DNA of 64,000 nucleotides from Thermoplasmatota archaeon (GTDB lineage Archaea; Thermoplasmatota; JAKEGO01): NCBI GenBank assembly GCA_028279595.1, contig JANQNK010000001.1, positions 64,001 to 128,000 of the forward strand, read 5' to 3'. Shown piece by piece: positions 60,429 to 64,000 of this stretch (position 1 is its first letter; each line of letters starts with the position of its first letter). The notes under the pieces were generated by a model. It saw only the letters and a program-made list of their open reading frames with translations, ran no database searches and was not told where the DNA came from. The position numbers and the translations under genes were made by a program.

Positions 60429-63400
60429 ATGCGCCGCCCGGCACTGGTGCCACTTATCATCTTGCTCGCTCTCATATGCATCGCGTCAGCCGGGGCGACG
60501 GAGATCGAGGGCACGCAGACCGACGCTCTCTTCGGATTCTCCCAGGCGGTCGGCGATTTCAACGGTGACGGAATGGACGACCTTGTCGTCGGAGCTCCCA
60601 ACAACGACAACTCGGGCACCGACCGCGGAGCTGCGTTCATCTTCCTCGGTCCGTTCTCCGGCGACCTGGACACTGGCGATGCCAACGGCTCCTACATCGG
60701 CGAGGAGGAGTACGACAGGGCCGGGTTCGCCCTGGCAGCCGGCGACGTCAACGGGGATGGATACGACGACATCATCGTCGGAAGCCCGGGAAACGACGAC
60801 AACCTTCCGAACTCTGGCCAGGTCTACGTGATCTTCGGCCGAAGGAACTTCACGACCCAGAACTCCCTGTCCGAGGCGAACGGTTCGTTCATCGGCAAGG
60901 ACAACAGCGACCGGATCGGCATGGCACTGGCCTGCGGGGACGTGAACGGCGACCGCTACGACGACGTGATCATCGGGACCCCCCGCGAGGACGGGGACGA
61001 CGGCGCCAACAGCGGTGCGGTCTACATAATCCATGGCAAGTCCGGCAGCTGGAACATGGAGAAGAGCCTCTACAATGCCGACGCATCCTACGTCGGTACC
61101 GCTCTGGGCCAGCGGGTCGGGCTGAACGTCACGTGTGGCGATGTCAACGGCGACGGGATGTCCGATATCCTCATCGGCGCACCCTACCATACCAGGAGCG
61201 AGTTCGAGGAGGGCATGGTCTACATCGCGTTCGGACGGACCTCCAGCTGGAAGCTGAACATCAGGGTAAACACGCTCAACGCATCCTTCCTCGGTGGCAC
61301 TGCCGGGGCCCATCTCGGCTGGTCGCTCTCTGCCGGCTTCGACGCCGACGGCGACGAGCTCGGGGACATACTCATTGGCGCCCCCGGTCTGGACGGCGCG
61401 TACATGTTCCGCGGCCGCCAGGGCTGGGGGCGAAGGATAGAGCCCCATCGCGCAGACATCGAGGTGGAGGGGGACCCGGGGACACGCACCGGATGGAGCG
61501 TAGCAATGGACATCTACGACAGGGACCTCGTCAGGGGCCTGATCGTCGGATCCCCGGGCAACGACACGATCGATCCATCGTTCGCATTCCTTCCCAACGG
61601 GACGGAGGGCGACCTCCCCAACTCGACGATCGTCAACGGGACCTCCGAGTCACTCTACGGCTGGTCGATAGTCAGTGGCGACATGGACCTGGACGGACTG
61701 AAGGACGCCGTGGTCTCGGCGCCCAACGCAACGGGACCTTCGAGCAGGACCGGGGTGGTCGAGATCGTCGAATACGCCATGAACATCCAGCCGTTCATAT
61801 CCGACCTCACGCTTCACAAGAACATCTCGCGACCGAAGGCCTTCTTCCTGAGGATGGACCAGCCTGTGATGATCAACGCCACCGGAGGTTCGGGGGGTCC
61901 GAACCGTGACGTCGTCTGGGCGCGGGTGACCACCACCCTGGACTCGACAGGTATAATGGTCCCCCTCCTGGAGACGGGAGGTTCCACAGGTCATTTCCTC
62001 GGGAACGTGACCCCGGTATACGGCTCCGACGAGGACGCCGCTCGCATCGCGGCCCGGTGGGGGAACTGGCTCTACGTATCCTTCGGAGGACCCGTCAGGG
62101 CGAGGGGCATGCTGAACGTTCCGCCGGCGATAGAGGGCAACGACACCCTGTGGGTCGACGAGGATTCGCCATACGAGTCACGATATACCTACGACGACGG
62201 GAACGCCGACGAGGTCTCGTGGACGATCGACACCAACGCCACCTGGATGATCTGGTCCGAATGGAACCAGACCCTCTGGGGCACGCCTGACAACAGGCAT
62301 GTCGGTTGGTTCAACGTCAACATCAGCATCGATGACGGGAACTTCGGCAACGATACGCGCTCCTTCATCCTGACGGTCAACAACACCCCTCCGGTCATAG
62401 GCAATGCCGATGAGACCACCGCGTACGAGGACATCGCCTACAACGTCACTTATTACGTATCGCCCCCCGAGATCGGGGCCTTCTGGACCTTCACGACCAA
62501 CGCGTCATGGCTCGACTTCGAACAGAACGGCACATATCTCTTCGGCACGCCCAACAACACCGACGTCGGGGTCTACTCGGTCAACATCTCCGTCTACGAC
62601 GGGAACGGAGGGTCAGACCATCGGGAGTTCGATCTGGACGTCCTGAACACCCCGCTGATGATACTGACGACCGACGTCCTGTCGGTCGATCAGGACGAGT
62701 ACTACTACAACGATTACGACAGCACCGACGACCCCGGTCCGGAATGGACCCTATGGACGGATGCGGACTTCCTCGACATCAACACGACCAGCGGCGAGAT
62801 TTTCGGAGTCCCGGACAACTGGGACGTGGGCAACTGGACTGTGAACATCTCCGTCGAGGATATCCACGGCGCCATTGATTTCAGCAACTTCACACTCCAG
62901 GTCTTCAACCTCGCACCCGTGATTAGTCTGCACGACCCGATCATCGCTTTCGAGGACGATGACTTCTCGTACACCCTGAACTTCACGGACAAGGGACCCG
63001 GGACGACCGTGACCATGGTCACGGACGCCGTATGGCTCAGTGACCTTGACCTCACGATCAGCGGCCGCGCTGACGACGACGACGTAGGCGACTACTACTT
63101 CGACCTCACGGTCAACGACACCTGGGGCGCGGCGAGCAGGGTGAACGTCACCCTCAGGGTGCTTAACACCGATCCCGTGGTCCTCGGCACTCCGCCGAAC
63201 AGCACCTACGAGGACTCCCACTACATGTTCAACCTGTCGTCCTCCGATCCGGTGGACTTCTGGACCTACTCAGGTCCATCCTGGCTGAACCTCGACGCCA
63301 ACGGGACCCTGTACGGGATCCCGATCAACGATGACGTCGGGAATCATACCATTACGGTAACGGTATTCGATCGTCATGGCGGTTCCGGCACGCTCCAGTA

Positions 63401-64000
63401 CGATCTGTGGGTCATCAACAGACCTCCGGAGATCGCCGCCGAGCACGTTTCAACGGTCGCGGAGGGAGAACAGTTCAACGCCTGGTTCAACTCGTCAGAT
63501 CCAGGTGGATGGTGGCGGCTCGACACATCCAAGGAATGGCTGAACCTTACCGACAGCGGCGTACTGAGCGGGATACCGAAGAACCGTGACGTCGGCAAAT
63601 GGACCATCAACATCACCGCGGGGGACCGGAAGGGCGCAAGGGTGACATACGTGTTCAACCTGACCGTCACCAATACGCCTCCAGTCATCCACAATACCCC
63701 GCCTGCGCTGGTCCTCGAGGACGACGTCTATTCGTTCGATATGAACTCGTCCGACGACCCATGGGTCGAATGGGAGCTGATATCCCTCACCGACTGGCTC
63801 GAGGTCAACGGGACCGGCAGCCTCTACGGCGTCCCCGGCAACGAGTACGTCGCACTTTGGCAGTTCACACTGATCGTCGACGACGGAAATGGAGGAAAGG
63901 ATTGGCTGAACTTCACGGTCGACGTCAGGAACACCGACCCCGAGATACTCTCCACCCCGCCGGGCTTCGCATGGGAGAAGGACCTCTACTACTTCCAGAT
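60429..64000 (+). CDS. Large secreted protein: seven FG-GAP (integrin-alpha-like) blades plus tandem cadherin-like/He_PIG Ig repeats, runs off window
   Basis: MRRPALVPLII signal peptide, GD.NGDG.DD..VGAP repeats, W.....G.P.N.DVG...V...D repeats. Frame spot-checked in phase to 64000, and its absence from the ORF track fits having no stop. Confidence 0.92.
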   Translation, partial: MRRPALVPLIILLALICIASAGATEIEGTQTDALFGFSQAVGDFNGDGMDDLVVGAPNNDNSGTDRGAAFIFLGPFSGDLDTGDANGSYIGEEEYDRAGFALAAGDVNGDGYDDIIVGSPGNDDNLPNSGQVYVIFGRRNFTTQNSLSEANGSFIGKDNSDRIGMALACGDVNGDRYDDVIIGTPREDGDDGANSGAVYIIHGKSGSWNMEKSLYNADASYVGTALGQRVGLNVTCGDVNGDGMSDILIGAPYHTRSEFEEGMVYIAFGRTSSWKLNIRVNTLNASFLGGTAGAHLGWSLSAGFDADGDELGDILIGAPGLDGAYMFRGRQGWGRRIEPHRADIEVEGDPGTRTGWSVAMDIYDRDLVRGLIVGSPGNDTIDPSFAFLPNGTEGDLPNSTIVNGTSESLYGWSIVSGDMDLDGLKDAVVSAPNATGPSSRTGVVEIVEYAMNIQPFISDLTLHKNISRPKAFFLRMDQPVMINATGGSGGPNRDVVWARVTTTLDSTGIMVPLLETGGSTGHFLGNVTPVYGSDEDAARIAARWGNWLYVSFGGPVRARGMLNVPPAIEGNDTLWVDEDSPYESRYTYDDGNADEVSWTIDTNATWMIWSEWNQTLWGTPDNRHVGWFNVNISIDDGNFGNDTRSFILTVNNTPPVIGNADETTAYEDIAYNVTYYVSPPEIGAFWTFTTNASWLDFEQNGTYLFGTPNNTDVGVYSVNISVYDGNGGSDHREFDLDVLNTPLMILTTDVLSVDQDEYYYNDYDSTDDPGPEWTLWTDADFLDINTTSGEIFGVPDNWDVGNWTVNISVEDIHGAIDFSNFTLQVFNLAPVISLHDPIIAFEDDDFSYTLNFTDKGPGTTVTMVTDAVWLSDLDLTISGRADDDDVGDYYFDLTVNDTWGAASRVNVTLRVLNTDPVVLGTPPNSTYEDSHYMFNLSSSDPVDFWTYSGPSWLNLDANGTLYGIPINDDVGNHTITVTVFDRHGGSGTLQYDLWVINRPPEIAAEHVSTVAEGEQFNAWFNSSDPGGWWRLDTSKEWLNLTDSGVLSGIPKNRDVGKWTINITAGDRKGARVTYVFNLTVTNTPPVIHNTPPALVLEDDVYSFDMNSSDDPWVEWELISLTDWLEVNGTGSLYGVPGNEYVALWQFTLIVDDGNGGKDWLNFTVDVRNTDPEILSTPPGFAWEKDLYYFQ

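Overview
GC-rich archaeal chromosomal segment, probably Thermoplasmatota. The evidence is archaeal marker genes (trm56, rnp4, csl4, purP, kptA, Kae1-Bud32 fusion, phosphopantothenate synthetase, archaeal GluRS) together with GAGGTGA ribosome-binding sites and TATA boxes. Most of the window is housekeeping: a phosphate transport cluster, glycine cleavage P subunits, nucleotide, CoA, NAD and lipid metabolism, tRNA modification and surface proteins. AT-rich accessory patches lie at about 14.65-15.48 kb, 16.85-21.25 kb and 23.65-27.85 kb. The most striking feature is at 16.8-23.2 kb. Two paralogous wHTH-STAND NTPase-TPR genes flank a small plus-strand unit made of a 20-aa micro-peptide, a secreted caspase/legumain-fold protein lacking both catalytic residues, and a second homologous 20-21-aa micro-peptide. 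Both peptides are below the ORF-track cutoff, have strong SD sites and show synonymous-codon divergence. A third, 31-aa micro-ORF with a similar motif lies downstream of a site-2 protease. Other hidden features are a translationally coupled 28-aa peptide after a lone membrane protein, a probable ACG start for pssA, a promoter motif shared by surface-protein genes, candidate structured RNAs, and a large FG-GAP/Ig-repeat protein running off the right end. No tRNA, rRNA, CRISPR array or transposase was recognised. All family assignments come from motif recognition by eye, not database searches.
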